Assembly (NCBI RefSeq): GCF_006345805.1
Contig: NC_043005.1
Location: 40,920,001 to 40,984,000 of the forward strand
Direction of reading: 5' to 3'
Source: Octopus sinensis
Taxonomy: Eukaryota
Length of the DNA stretch: 64,000 bases
Below, one piece after another: positions 1 to 13,429 of this stretch. Under the pieces are notes generated by a model. It did no database searches, was not told the origin of the DNA, and was given only the letters and a program-made list of their open reading frames with translations. The stretch's first letter is position 1. Each line of letters starts with the position of its first letter. The position numbers and the translations under genes were made by a program.

Positions 1-143
1 GCTTTGTAGCAAAGGAGACAAATTCTGTGACAACCAGGTGCATGTCAATTAATAAGGCCCAAGAAGGGTGAAACATGTCAGATGTTCCTGTTAGTCATTT
101 TGGAATGATATTTGCCTCACTCAGATATATATCATATTTTTAG

Positions 144-364
144 CCCTTTTGTTACCAACCCGGCTGAAACCGGCTCTGGCTCTGTAGTACAAATGTCTTG
201 TTTTCATAAGTTTTGAATTAAAATCTTCCACCAAAGCTTAGTCATAATTAATGTTCCTAACACTAGCTTTATGATAACTGAGTTATTTTACTAAATTCTT
301 TGTTATATTTAAAATAATTGAGAGAAACACAGAGCATTTCAAAATAAATACAGTAATGAAAGGG
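144..364. mobile_element. piggyBac-type MITE
   Basis: Ends CCCTTTTGTTAC...GTAATGAAAGGG are imperfect TIRs; flanked by TTAG (left) and TTAA (right), matching a TTAA target site; no coding capacity. Confidence 0.7.
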
Positions 365-494
365 TTAACATAAGTTATCTATAAAGAGATGTTCTCTTGT
401 ACAAAAACCACATCGTCATACCTTTTAGTTGTGTATGTTATGTTATGTATGGTATACAAATGGCTATGTGTGTGTGTGTGTGCATGTGTGAAAG

Positions 495-810
495 TGTGTA
501 GCTTACTGGTAGGGTAGTTGGCTCATGATTTTAAGGTCATGAGTTCGATTCATGGTGACACATTGTGTCCTTGAGCAAGTCATTTTATTTCACATTACAC
601 AAGTCCACTTAGCTGGAAAAATTAGTTGTACCTGTAATTATAAAGGGCCAGCCTTGTCACATTCTGTGTCACGCTGAACCACTCAGAGATGTACATTAAG
701 AGTACTTGTGTTTGTTGAGTGTTCAGCCACTTGCATGTTATTTTCATGAGCAGGGTCTTCTGTTGATCAAATCAAGTGAAACACTCGTCATTGTAACTGA
801 TGGAGTACCA
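495..810 (+). mobile_element. Degenerate tRNA-derived SINE (family C)
   Basis: tRNA-like head with B-box GAGTTCGATTC near 541; body (gggccagccttgtcacattctgtgtcacgctga...gtaactgatggagt) matches the reverse complement of the copy at 19189-19563. Confidence 0.7.
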
Positions 811-1189
811 GTTCTTTTTTTATGAATGTATGTATGTATGTGTGTATGTATGTATACAGACATATGTACATACATGCAAACTTATATATATCATCATCAT
901 CATCGTCGTTTAACGTCCGCTTTCCATGCTAGCATGGGTTGGTATGTGTATGTGTGTGTGTGTGTATATATCATCATCATCGTCACTTTATGTCTCCTTT
1001 TCAAACTAGCATTGGTTGGATGGATGATCACAATCCAGGTTATTTCTTGCTGGGAGCTGCTGCTCTCATAGTCTGCTTCATAACACAGAATGTGACAAGG
1101 CTGGCCCTTTGAGTTACAGGTGCAACATTCATACATACATAAACTCAGTCTACACAGCTGAAACAACATTAAATTAAAGTTGTCATAAT

Positions 1190-1262
1190 CATTGTCATCG
1201 TCATCACCACCACCACCATCACCACCACCACCACTACAACCATCACCATCATCACCATCATT

Positions 1263-1317
<55 letters not shown>

Positions 1318-1395
1318 CCATCATTGTCATTGTCATCGTTGTTGTCGTCATTGTCATCGTTATTAATGTTTGTGGTCGTTGTCATTGTCATCATG
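1190..1395. repeat. Compound (CAC/CAT)n trinucleotide array
   Basis: Directly visible; explains the poly-D/S/M ORFs. Confidence 0.95.
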
Positions 1396-1635
1396 TTCAC
1401 TTTCCATGTTGGCTTGGATGATTCAAAAGGATCCAGCAAGCTGCAAAAACCTCATTGTGTTCCATTGTCAGCTTTGACATGGTTTCTATGGCTCGATGCT
1501 CTCTCTAATGACAACCACTTTACAGACTGTACGGAGTGCTTTTCACGTGCTACTGGCACTGGTGAAGTTGCCATGTAAACTTTCAAGTCAGATAAAGGAC
1601 AAGGAAAACGAAATATCTCAAAGAGGAGTATTTAT

Positions 1636-2516
<881 letters not shown>

Positions 2517-2518
2517 GT

Positions 2519-2573
<55 letters not shown>

Positions 2574-2600
2574 GTATATATATATATGTACAACATGTAT

Positions 2601-3860
2601 ATCATCATCATCATCATCATTTAGCGTCCGTTTTCCATGCTAGCATGGGTTGGACGGTTCAACTGGGGTCTGGGGAGCCCGAAGGCTGCACCAGGCCAGT
2701 CAGATCTGGCAGTGTTTCTACAGCTGGATGCCCTTCCTAACGCCAACCACTCCGAGAGTGTAGTGGGTGATTTTATGTGCCACCGACACAGGTGCCAGAC
2801 GAGGCTGGCGAACGGCCACGCTCGGATGGTGTTTTTATGTGCCACCGACACAGGTGCCAGACGAGGCTGGCTGACGGCCACGCTCGGATGTGTGTTTTTA
2901 TGTGCCACCGACACAGGTGCCAGATGAGGCTGGCAGGTGCCAGACGAGGCTGGCAGACGGCCACGCTCGGATGGTTTTTTTATGTGCCACCGACACAGGT
3001 GCCAGATGAGGCTGGCGGACGGCCACGATCGGATGGTGTTGTTACGTCCCCAAAGCACGGAGGCCAGTCTATGCGGTACTGGCTACGGCCACGTTCGGAT
3101 GATTTTCTTGTGTGCCACCGGCACTGGTACCACAAAGATACAAATTCCATTTATGTTCATCTATTTTGATTTGTTTTGATTTGATTTGATTTTCACTTGC
3201 CTCAACAGGTCTTCACAAGTGTCACAAGAAGGAAGGTATGCACAGGTGGACTGTCTACGTCGCCGGGTCTTCGGATGGTGTCTTTATGTGCCACCGACAC
3301 AGGTGCCAGATGTGGCTGGCGAACGCCACGATCGGATGGTTTTCTTGTGTGCCACCGGCACTGGAACCACAAAGATACAAATTCCATTGATGTTCATCTA
3401 TTTTGATTTGGTTTGATTTTCACTTGCCTCAACAGGTCTTCACAAGTGTCACGCGTGTCACACACTTGCCTCAACAGGTCTCCACAAGTGTCACACACTT
3501 GCCTCTGCCTCAACAGGTCTTCACAAAGTGCCACACACTTGCCTCTGCTCAACAGGTCTTCACAAGTGTCATAAGAGGGAAGGTATGCACAGGTGGACTG
3601 ACTACGTCGCCGGGTCTTTGGATGGTGTTTTTATGTGCCACCGACACAGGTGCCAGGTGAGGCTGGCGAACGGCCACGATCAGATGGTGTTTGTTGTGCC
3701 CACAGCACGGAGGCCAGTCGATGCGGTACCAGCTACGGCCACGTTCGGATGGTTTTCTTGTGTGCCACCGGTACTGGAACCACAAAGATACAAATTCCAT
3801 TGATATTCATCTATTTTGATTTGGTTTGATTTTCACTTGCCTCAACAGGTCTTCACAGGT
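2601..3860 (-). mobile_element. Family-D element (RTE tail or RTE-tailed SINE) with internal ~62-bp tandem repeats and larger segmental duplications
   Basis: (CAT)n then ttagcgtccgttttccatgctagcatggg...ggatgcccttcctaacgccaacc; atgtgccaccgacacagg recurs at 2775, 2837, 2900 and 2982; longer blocks repeat near 3100, 3340 and 3750. Confidence 0.75.
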
Positions 3861-4044
3861 CTATATATATATAATAATATATATATATATATATATAATA
3901 TATATATATATATTATATATATAATATATGTATATATATATGTATGTAGGTATATACATATATATACATATATATAATATATATATATATATGTATATAT
4001 ATATATGTATGTATGTATGTATATATACATAATATACATATATA

Positions 4045-4161
<117 letters not shown>

Positions 4162-5175
4162 CATATATATATACATACTTACATATATGTGTGTGTGTAT
4201 ATGTATGCATAGTATAAATTGATGTGGGCAGCTGGGCGCAGTATAAACTGTATAGGAAAAATTTAGTCGTCACTAATTGTGTCTGTATGTACTACATGCT
4301 TATATATTATATATATCATGTGGATATGCATGTGTATGTGTATGTGTATGTGTGTGTGTGCGTGCGTGTTTGAGTCCAATTTTACATGGCGAAATACTAA
4401 ACATCAGATACCCCACATTCATCGTGTCGATCTCTTCTTTGATTATTAAGTGTAACTAAAAGAGAAAGAAATATTTAGATGAAGAGGATTTGAAAAGCTA
4501 TAGCGTTTGTATTCTTTCGAAGAAGACTAACAACTGAAGAGATACTACATAGTAATATGTATCTGAAGTACTTCACAATTGTCTGAGCCAACTCAATAGA
4601 ATATTTGATCCATTACTACAGCATATTTAACACATGGACACATGCAAGAGGCTGTGCTGTTATCATTCTTCTGCCTTGTTAACTTTTCCAAACAAAGCAT
4701 CTTTAATGTGCACTAGCATATAAATATTCATACACACGTAAAGACAAAAAAGCACTAATGTTTGTACACTTGGAAAGACAAAAATACATGCACATATATA
4801 AATTCTTATACACATAAGAACAGTTGCATATACACTGACAAACACACAAACATCCATAGACATCATAAACATATGGTGTAAATATATGTACAGGCATACG
4901 ATGATTGATACATACTTAAAGAGAAACATATACATACGTGTTCATATATACATAAAGAGAACTAAAACATGGATGCTGACATTCATATACACAAAAACAC
5001 AAAAACATACACGCAGATAATCCTTTAGATATTAACTCATATAAACACATTAGCATTCATATGTATACATATGTATACACACATCTACATACATTTATAT
5101 ACAAATAGACACACCAAAACATAAACTTTCATACACATGTAAAATCCAATGCATACAGATTCATAGTCATTCATG

Positions 5176-5220
<45 letters not shown>

Positions 5221-5258
5221 CATCATGCACACACACACACACATACAAAACACATGCA

Positions 5259-5294
<36 letters not shown>

Positions 5295-5668
5295 TAATTT
5301 AGCAGAAGGTAACAGAGTAACTCTCAAGGTCTGAAAGTTTCGTGTATTGATGCATTTGTCATTATGTATACAACATCATCGTCATCATAATCATCATCAT
5401 CATCATATGCTAAACAATGATGACGATGTAACCATAATGATAAATGCATACACATACATATGCTTATAAGCCAACTCTCATAACCGTATAAAGACACACA
5501 CATAAAAATTTCAGATGAACTCATAATGGACAAGCTGTTTGGTCTAAAATCCTTTTCCAATTGGACCATGCTACCACACTTTAATTTTGACTAAATGCAT
5601 AGTATATATATATATATATATATGTGTGTGGTGTGTGTGTATCTATATATATATATATATATATATAT

Positions 5669-5990
<322 letters not shown>

Positions 5991-6507
5991 TAGTCGTTCA
6001 TTTATACTGAGGATTTGGCCACTACTCGAATTTTACACTCTGTTGTCTTTCAGATGACTAATTCACATATTCAGATGATTGCATTCTTTTATGTGCTACC
6101 AATCTCATTGGTTGATCTGTTTTCATTCATCTACCCATTTGCGTAGTTGGTTGTGTCTCTGTTGAACAGCTTCCTGTTGTTTATTGTTATCTTTTTGTCA
6201 TCCTGCTAATTTTTCAATATGTATCATGATACAATTTCACTTCTCTTGTTTAATATGCATATTTTTCATATAACAATATTGTGTTTTTCCACAATGCATA
6301 GTGGGCACTTCTCAGAACCTTTTACATTGGTTGTGAAACTATCTGTTTTTGTCCAGCTTATACTTATGTTTATTGTTTTCCCATTAAATTCCAAATATGT
6401 CAAACAAGTGTCCTCCATTTCTTCAACGTATTATGTATGTATGTTTGTATGTATATATATGTATGTATATATGTATATATATATGTATATATATGTACGT
6501 ATATATG

Positions 6508-6580
<73 letters not shown>

Positions 6581-6583
<3 letters not shown>

Positions 6584-6810
6584 GAGAGTTCACGGAAAAA
6601 CAAAAGACGAAGACAGTGAGTGTATAAAACTAACAGGTGCATTAGTATAACGCTCAGGGATTGAAAAAGTCTTTTACGTTTCGAGCCTACGCTCTTCTAC
6701 AGAAAGAGACACAGAAAAAAACAAGGAGAGAAAAAAAAGCAAGTAAAAAAGGAGAGAAAAAAACAAAGAGAGAAACAAGGGCAGAAAAAAATGTGTGTAG
6801 TGGCTACCAA
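6581..6810 (-). mobile_element. PLE-type non-autonomous element (family H1) with hammerhead-like motif
   Basis: Homologous to 9279-9480 and 37965-38150; 3' end abuts (TA)n. Confidence 0.7.
6670..6707 (-). ncRNA. Variant minimal type-I hammerhead motif (core CUGUAGAA)
   Basis: Minus strand: TCTTT CTGTAGAA GAGC gtag GCTC GAAAC GTA AAAGA; stem I 5 bp, stem II 4 bp, palindromic stem III ACGU. Confidence 0.55.
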
Positions 6811-6814
6811 TCTA

Positions 6815-6902
6815 TCTGTTTGTTATGTTGTGTAAAATTTTCCATTTGTTGTGTTATTGTTAAATTTATATATATATTATACACAGATACATACATACAT
6901 AC

Positions 6903-6953
<51 letters not shown>

Positions 6954-7071
6954 TATATTTGTGTGTATGTATGTATGTATGTATGTATGTATGTATGTAT
7001 CTGTGTATATATATATATAAATTTAACAATAACACAACAAACGGAAAGTTTTACAAAACATAACAAACAGA
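6815..7071. repeat. Long inverted repeat centred on a (TA)n tract
   Basis: tctgtttgttatgttgtgtaaaattttcc...acacagatacatac is mirrored by gtatgtatctgtgt...caaaacataacaaacaga. Confidence 0.85.
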
Positions 7072-7410
7072 AAATTCGTAGCTTATTCATCGTCAGACAT
7101 CCAAAAGATCATTACAATTTCGTGCATTCAACGTTGATATTGTTCTTTTGGTGGCGCCTGTGGCAAAACACCACTGGAAGTAGCTAACAAATATACAGGA
7201 CAATGACAAGAACAAACACAACATAATGAAACACATATACAACAAAAAAAGCCATGCAACTGCAAGACAGACATGTGGTAATGTAAAGGAAAATGAAAGT
7301 GTCCTGTAGTACTGGAGTCAAGAACAGGACAGACAGAAAGTCAGAACAAAGAAAGAAGTAAAGTATTAGGGAGAGAACACACACACACATTTATATTTTC
7401 TTTTTTTTTT

Positions 7411-7814
7411 CTTTTACTTGTTTCAGTCATTTGACTGCGGCCATGCTGGAGCACTACCTTTAGTCGAGCAAATCGACCCTGGGACTTATTCTTTGTAAGC
7501 CCAGTACTTATTCTATCGGTCTCTTTTTGCCGAACCGCTAAGTGACAGGGATGTAAACACACCAGCATTGGTTGTCAAGCAATGCTAGGGGGACAAACAC
7601 AGACACACAAACACACACACACACACATACATATATATATATACATATATACGACAGGCTTCTTTCAGTTTCTGTCTACCAAATCCACTCACAAGGCATT
7701 GGTCGGCCCGGGGCTATAGCAGAAGACACTTGCCCAAGATGCCACGCAGTGGGACTGAACCTGGAACTATGTGGTTGGTTAGCAAGCTACTTACCACAAA
7801 GTCACTCCTGCGCC
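7411..7814 (-). mobile_element. Full-length tRNA-derived SINE (family A)
   Basis: Minus-strand tRNA-like head starting ggcgcaggagtg with B-box-like ggttcagtccc; internal microsatellite; tail gactgaaacaagtaaaag; more than 10 copies in the window. Confidence 0.9.
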
Positions 7815-8091
7815 TATATGTATTTATGTATCATATATACATATTCAAAGCAAAACATTAGCGATTGTTTATAAAATAGTTAGTTATGTCATCTTATGTA
7901 CATTTCAGTAACATAAAATCATTGGTTACATAATTCAAATTACATAATCAAGCCTTATGGTCAAATCATCAGAGATGTGTAATGTATAATATGTAACATT
8001 ATTGGATTGAAAAGCTGTTGACCAAATTCACCACCGTGGAATGACAAGCAACTCTATGTACATATGTGTGTGCGTGTGTATATATATATAA

Positions 8092-8122
<31 letters not shown>

Positions 8123-8155
8123 CTTTATTTAAAGCAGAAGAAAATTCAACAAAAC

Positions 8156-8193
8156 CTGTTACTCTGAGTTTCCCGTTGCCGTTCATCAGACAG
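8156..8193 (-). ncRNA. Minimal type-I hammerhead ribozyme (canonical core)
   Basis: CTGT CTGATGA a CG gcaa CG g GAAAC TC a GA GTA ACAG: stem I CUGU/ACAG, GNRA-capped 2-bp stem II, stem III ACUC/GAGU, GUA cleavage triplet. Confidence 0.75.
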
Positions 8194-8209
8194 TTTTTGC
8201 TAGCAAAAA

Positions 8210-8247
8210 CTGTCCGATGAACGGCAACGGGAAACTCAGAGTAACAG
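8210..8247 (+). ncRNA. Minimal type-I hammerhead ribozyme (U4C core CCGAUGA)
   Basis: Mirror copy of 8156-8193 with CCGATGA core. Confidence 0.7.
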
Positions 8248-8572
8248 GTTTTGTTGAATTTTCTGCTGCTTTAAATAAAGCTTATTACTCTACCACTGGT
8301 ATTTGAGTACTCTTTTTTCCACCTTGTTTCACATTTATGTGTTTACTCCGGTATATATATATATATATATACATGTGTGTATTTTCTCTTGTTAACAATT
8401 AGCACGGAAAAAATATATAAGTAGTTACCAGGGTAGCAAAAAATACCACGAGTAAAAAAGTTGTAACTCCTTGTTTTTAAAGGTAGAAACTTCAGGTTTA
8501 CATGAAATATTTTGTATAATATATATAAATAAATAAATGGCGTTAAATGCAGGTGTTATTCAAATTCTTTTA

Positions 8573-8657
8573 CTTCTGACACATTTCAAAGATATCACTG
8601 GTATAATTCCATAGGAATGAAATGATGTAAAACAAAGTAATCTTCTCTTCAGGGAAG
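8573..8657 (-). ncRNA. Decayed hammerhead with long stem II (family H3 element, ~8375-8713)
   Basis: CTTCC CTGAAGA GAAGAT...ATCTTT GAAA TGTGTC AGAAG; GAAATGTGTC equals GAAACGCGTC after two CpG transitions. The element has internal inverted duplications (8533-8563 vs 8682-8713). Confidence 0.55.
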
Positions 8658-8760
8658 AGAAGATTACATTGTTTTATGCCATTTCAATAACACCTGCATT
8701 TAACTCCATTTATATATATATATATACATATAAATATATATATACATATACATACATACA

Positions 8761-8851
<91 letters not shown>

Positions 8852-8879
8852 CTTGAGAGTTGTGGCTTTGTGGAGCACT

Positions 8880-9144
8880 GCTGTTGGCTTTTTCTACACC
8901 TCCACTACATGGAACCTCCTCTGACACTTGGCATTTGGTGAATGAAGGAATTTGATGCTGCTGCCTTTAACTGCATTTCCTGCCATGAGATAAGCTCATC
9001 TGGAACTTTTGATAGTGGGAGATCCAGTTCTGCTTTGAAGACACCTACACCCATCTCATGCAGGTCTCTTAGGCTTTTGGGATGATATTGAATAGCTGTT
9101 GGTCCTTGAAACCCAAGCTGTTGCAGTATCTGGTCCTGTACCTT
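8880..9144 (-). mobile_element. CR1-clade LINE 3' fragment
   Basis: Frames give RYCNSLGF and SLRDLHEMGVGVFKAELDLPLSKVPDE, resembling the CR1 C-terminal FKxxLDxxLxxxPD motif; homologous to 58030-58740. Confidence 0.7.
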
Positions 9145-9206
9145 GGTGTGTGTGCATGTGTGTGTGTGTATGTGTATGTGTGTGTATGTGTGTGTGTATG
9201 TGTGTG

Positions 9207-9237
<31 letters not shown>

Positions 9238-9278
9238 ATACATGTGTGTGTGTGTGTGCATATATATATATATATATA

Positions 9279-9720
9279 ACGGGAAGCTTTATGAAAATAG
9301 ACAAAAGACGAAGGCAGGTGGAAAACAAACAAACAATTGTATTAGTATGGCGCTCAGGAAATATAAATAAAACAAGTCTTTAACGTTTCGAGCCTACGCT
9401 CTTCAACAGAAAGATACACAGAGAGAAAAAAAACACAGAAAGAAGGAGAGAAAAAAAATGCGTGCAGTAACTAACGAATCAACATGGCGATCTGATTTCG
9501 GCCAGAGGTCAAAGATCAAACGTGAGACGCGAGAGCGAAATAAGGGGAGATAATAGGGTTGATAATAGGGTTGAATGACCAGCTATTAAGGCGTAGGAGA
9601 GGTCTGGACGTGTGTATGTATAGGGTTGGTGTATGTATTAGTATGTATTAGTATGTATAAGGGTGTGTGTGTGTGTGTATGAGAGAGTATTAGTGCGTAG
9701 GATAGGTCTGGACAAGCTAC
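9279..9720 (-). mobile_element. Longer, CpG-rich copy of family H1 element
   Basis: Homologous to 6581-6810; 3' end abuts (TA)n. Confidence 0.7.
9377..9414 (-). ncRNA. Variant minimal hammerhead motif (core CUGUUGAA)
   Basis: TCTTT CTGTTGAA GAGC gtag GCTC GAAAC GTT AAAGA. Confidence 0.55.
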
Positions 9721-10166
9721 CCTAGCTTATGAAGGCCTGAAACATCTCATAGTGTGAGCAAATGACCAACGAGCTTTTGGACATATTTCAGCCATCACTA
9801 CTGTTGTTATTCAATGCAGGATCAACTTAGCTAATTACCGTTATCATGTTGAATACTTGACTAAATCAGAGCTTACATTATGGGAACTTTGACACCTTAA
9901 CAGAGCACCAAAATCTCTCAACTACATTGATTTTATAAGCAAACACACAACATGGACCTGAGGGCCTTCAAAGCAAATGAGACACTCAGTTTCTTGATGC
10001 AGCATGGGGAAACACCTCATTGTTTTTTGTCCACTAGTTAATGAAGAAGAATGATTATTCCTAAGAATTTCTACTGATGACAATCTCCACATTAAGATCC
10101 TCAGAGTACCTACAAATTCACTACAGATGCTGTCACAATCACAACCTCTGATGACGTACCTATAGA

Positions 10167-10207
<41 letters not shown>

Positions 10208-10303
10208 CATGCATGCACACACACACAACACACACACACACACACATCATTACAAATATTTTATTACAAAGCTCATCTTTCTCTCCTAGGCCAGAAACTC
10301 TGT

Positions 10304-10335
<32 letters not shown>

Positions 10336-10411
10336 CTGTGTGTCTGTGTGTCTGTGTGAGTCTGCATACTTGTCTATCAATCTATTTATTTGAATTCGTG
10401 TGTGGGTGAGG

Positions 10412-10490
<79 letters not shown>

Positions 10491-11055
10491 ATGTATATAT
10501 TATCCTCATTTTCTTCATCATATTAATATCCATAAGTTGAATAGAATGGAAGGGTGCCACCAACCCCAACCTGTTTCCAAGTAAGATAATATTTCCCTGT
10601 GCTAAACATTTTTTGTAGAAGATTGAAAACTGAAAATGAAAGGCATAACTTGTTTGATGGTGATGCTCATTTACAACTATCACCCAATGCCCCAGAGTCA
10701 CAAACACGCATAAACAAACAGCCTAGTACACACATATGCATTACACACACACACACACAGATGGCTGATGGATGCATGGATGGATGGATGGATGGACGGA
10801 TGGACAGCTGGATGGATATACAGATAGATGGATGAATAGATGGATAGATAGAGGGATAGATAGATATGATGATCTTTTTCCACCTACCAGATACACTCAT
10901 ATGGTTTTGGTTGGCTCAGGGCAATAGTAGAAGATGCTTGTCCAAGGTTCCACACAGAAGGAGTGAATCTGAAACCATGTCGATGGTAACTGAACATTGT
11001 TATCAGACAACCATGCTATATATGTACATATATGTATATATATATATATATATAT

Positions 11056-11780
11056 GTTAATAAAATAGAACATATGCATATATATAAACATATATGTACG
11101 TACCTACCTCTACATGTACATATACACGCATATATGTGTACAGGACACCAAAAAGACGTCGAACACATAGAGAGACGAAAAACATAGACACAAACCAAGG
11201 AACAAGACAAGCAAAAAAAGAGATACAGGACAATAAGCACAACGAAAAATCCCCTTCTTCAGTCGCTAAGGTTTCATCTACTAAACGTTTCGAAGGATAA
11301 AAGCGAGACGTATACTTCGAAGAAAACTTCCTTCCTGCGAAAAGCAAATCAATTAAAATTCTGAGATCTTTTCGCAGAGGGGTAAAAAAAGCAAGACGGT
11401 AACGACAGTACAAACATATAAACAGTAAAAAATATATATATAAACAGTGGAAAAATAAATATATAACAGTGAGAGACAGGACAAGGAGAACAAGATAAGA
11501 AGGGCTGTTAACGCCAGACGAAAAAAGTATTGCAAACGCTGGATTATAGTGGACGACGAGAGAGAAAGAATGTCGACCAGTAGCCTTAGAAGGCGGGCGA
11601 GAAAAGACAGGATAGCAGTTACGACGGAAGTATCGTCGCAGATGGACGACGGGAATGGGGGAGGAGGAGCAAGAGGAAGAGAGAGAAGAAGGGGAATGGT
11701 GCGAGGAGACCATGAAGAACGGTGAGGGGGAGAGAGAGAGGAAGAGACAAGTTAAGTGAGGGATAAAAGACGAAAAAGGG
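11056..11780 (-). mobile_element. Young CpG-rich non-coding element inserted in (TA)n
   Basis: Flanked by (TA)n; its 3' 220 bp recur at 5669-5890; contains hairpins and GAAACGT. Confidence 0.7.
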
Positions 11781-11827
11781 ATATATATATATATATTATA
11801 TAGTAAGGCATACACACACACACACAC

Positions 11828-11858
<31 letters not shown>

Positions 11859-13429
11859 TGTATGTATGTATGTATGTATGTATGTATGTATGTATGTGTG
11901 TATATATATCCATTTTACTATGCATGTTTAATGAAGGCTAAGTGTTTGCTACAATTAAAATGTAAATCTGCTCAATACATTTAATTCTCAACACATGAAT
12001 AGAATATCGATTTCTCTTGCAAGAATATTTTAAACAATATAATAAAATTGAAAATACACAAGACACTGTTGGATTAATAAGAACTAGTAGTATCTTTCAG
12101 TGAGAATAATGAAGTTTTCTTGAAATGTTAGTGTTAATGGCAGCAAATGATAATTTAGAATTTAAAATTCTATCAGAAAATATATAAAAACAAGACTAAT
12201 TCTGAGAAATAATTATATGTTTATTCAAAGATCTGAGTGAACATTTTGATAGAAAATTGAAGGTTTGTTCCTTCAGAATATATTGGCTTTAAAAATTAGC
12301 TCATTACATGTACATTTTATTTCTTTGGTGAACAAATCCTTGAAGTGTGCAAGCATGCTTTTGATAAGTAATGTTATAATTATATTTATTCACACTCATA
12401 TATGCATGCTCACACACATGTGTGTGTGTGTAAGTCTATGGATATGGAAAAAAAATGGATCCTCTGTTAACTTTGACTGGGAATTCTAGATGAATTGATT
12501 GCTAATTAATTTAAAGTGGTTGAGTAGCCATTGACACTTGTTCCCTTAATGAAGTTTTAGTGCAACACTGTGTATAATAAGGTTGGCCCTTTGAATTACT
12601 GGCTCATTTCACTTGTAGCAATCGGATTTGATCTTGTGTTTTGCCACAAAGAAATCACAATTCAATCATGTGTGCAAACCCACTTGTTATATCCAATTAA
12701 TTGCTGTTGTTCACATGATAGTTTAGTGGCTCATCTAGACTTTCTGTGAACACAGCTTATAAATATAGTCACATTTGCCACCAATTTCACAGTGTCATAG
12801 ATGTCAGAGCTGCCAGGACATTTTTATACTTTCACCTCCTTCAGCATTTTCTCTCTTTATAGCTGTTTTTCACAGCTACATATTCAACCTGGAACAACTT
12901 AAGAAGAAGACACACCATGGCACTATGAATATGTATTTAATAGGTAAAAGTTAGCCTAATTGTTGAATTCCCAACAATGATTTCCTGCACTTGTCATATA
13001 TGTTGTTTTATCTGAATATTTTTTGCTTGTATTGCATGAGTACTTTTTCTATTAATGTAACAGTAAATCATGTTCTAAAGCATAGAGAAACCTGCCTACC
13101 CCATTTCATACACAAGTCTTGAGGTTACCCAATACTATAGAAAAGAGATACTGATCAAGATGCCATACAACACAGTTGAACTGAGGATCACATGTTTTCA
13201 AAGCAAAGTTCTTAAGCTCAGTGTCGATATATAAGTACACATGCATATGTATACACACATGTAAAATACTTATATTCTTGCATGTATGTAGATATGATAG
13301 ATATATGTATGCATATATATATTGTATATATGCTTGTGTGCATGCATATGTATACAGAGGTTGTACAAAATAATGGAAACACCTTCAAATTCAAACAAAG
13401 CTTGAAAATAGATTGGATCAGTCAGTATG

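Larger units (their letters stand above)
8123..8352 (+). mobile_element. Palindromic PLE-type insertion in (TA)n (family H2)
   Basis: 79-bp arms at 8123-8201 and 8202-8280 with no spacer and 2 mismatches, plus a 3' extension to about 8352; (TA)n on both sides. Confidence 0.8.

Noticed and set aside
900-1578. 179-aa and 128-aa ORFs with poly-D/S
   Set aside because: Translations of (CAT/CAC)n and family-D repeat sequence.
2771-3860. CRISPR-like appearance of regularly spaced repeats
   Set aside because: Whole units repeat, with no unique spacers and no cas genes; eukaryotic retroposon context.
4530-4580. CTGAAGA gatac...gtatc tGAAGTACTTC hammerhead-like string
   Set aside because: GAAA is replaced by GAAG and no stem I pairing was found.
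11057-11827. 256-aa minus-strand ORF
   Set aside because: Low-complexity, starts and ends in microsatellite, lies in a repeated element, and has no recognisable domain.
12876-12943. Possible exon (acag...ataggt; YIFNLEQLKKKTHHGTMNMYLI)
   Set aside because: Only splice-like dinucleotides; no recognisable homology or partner exons.
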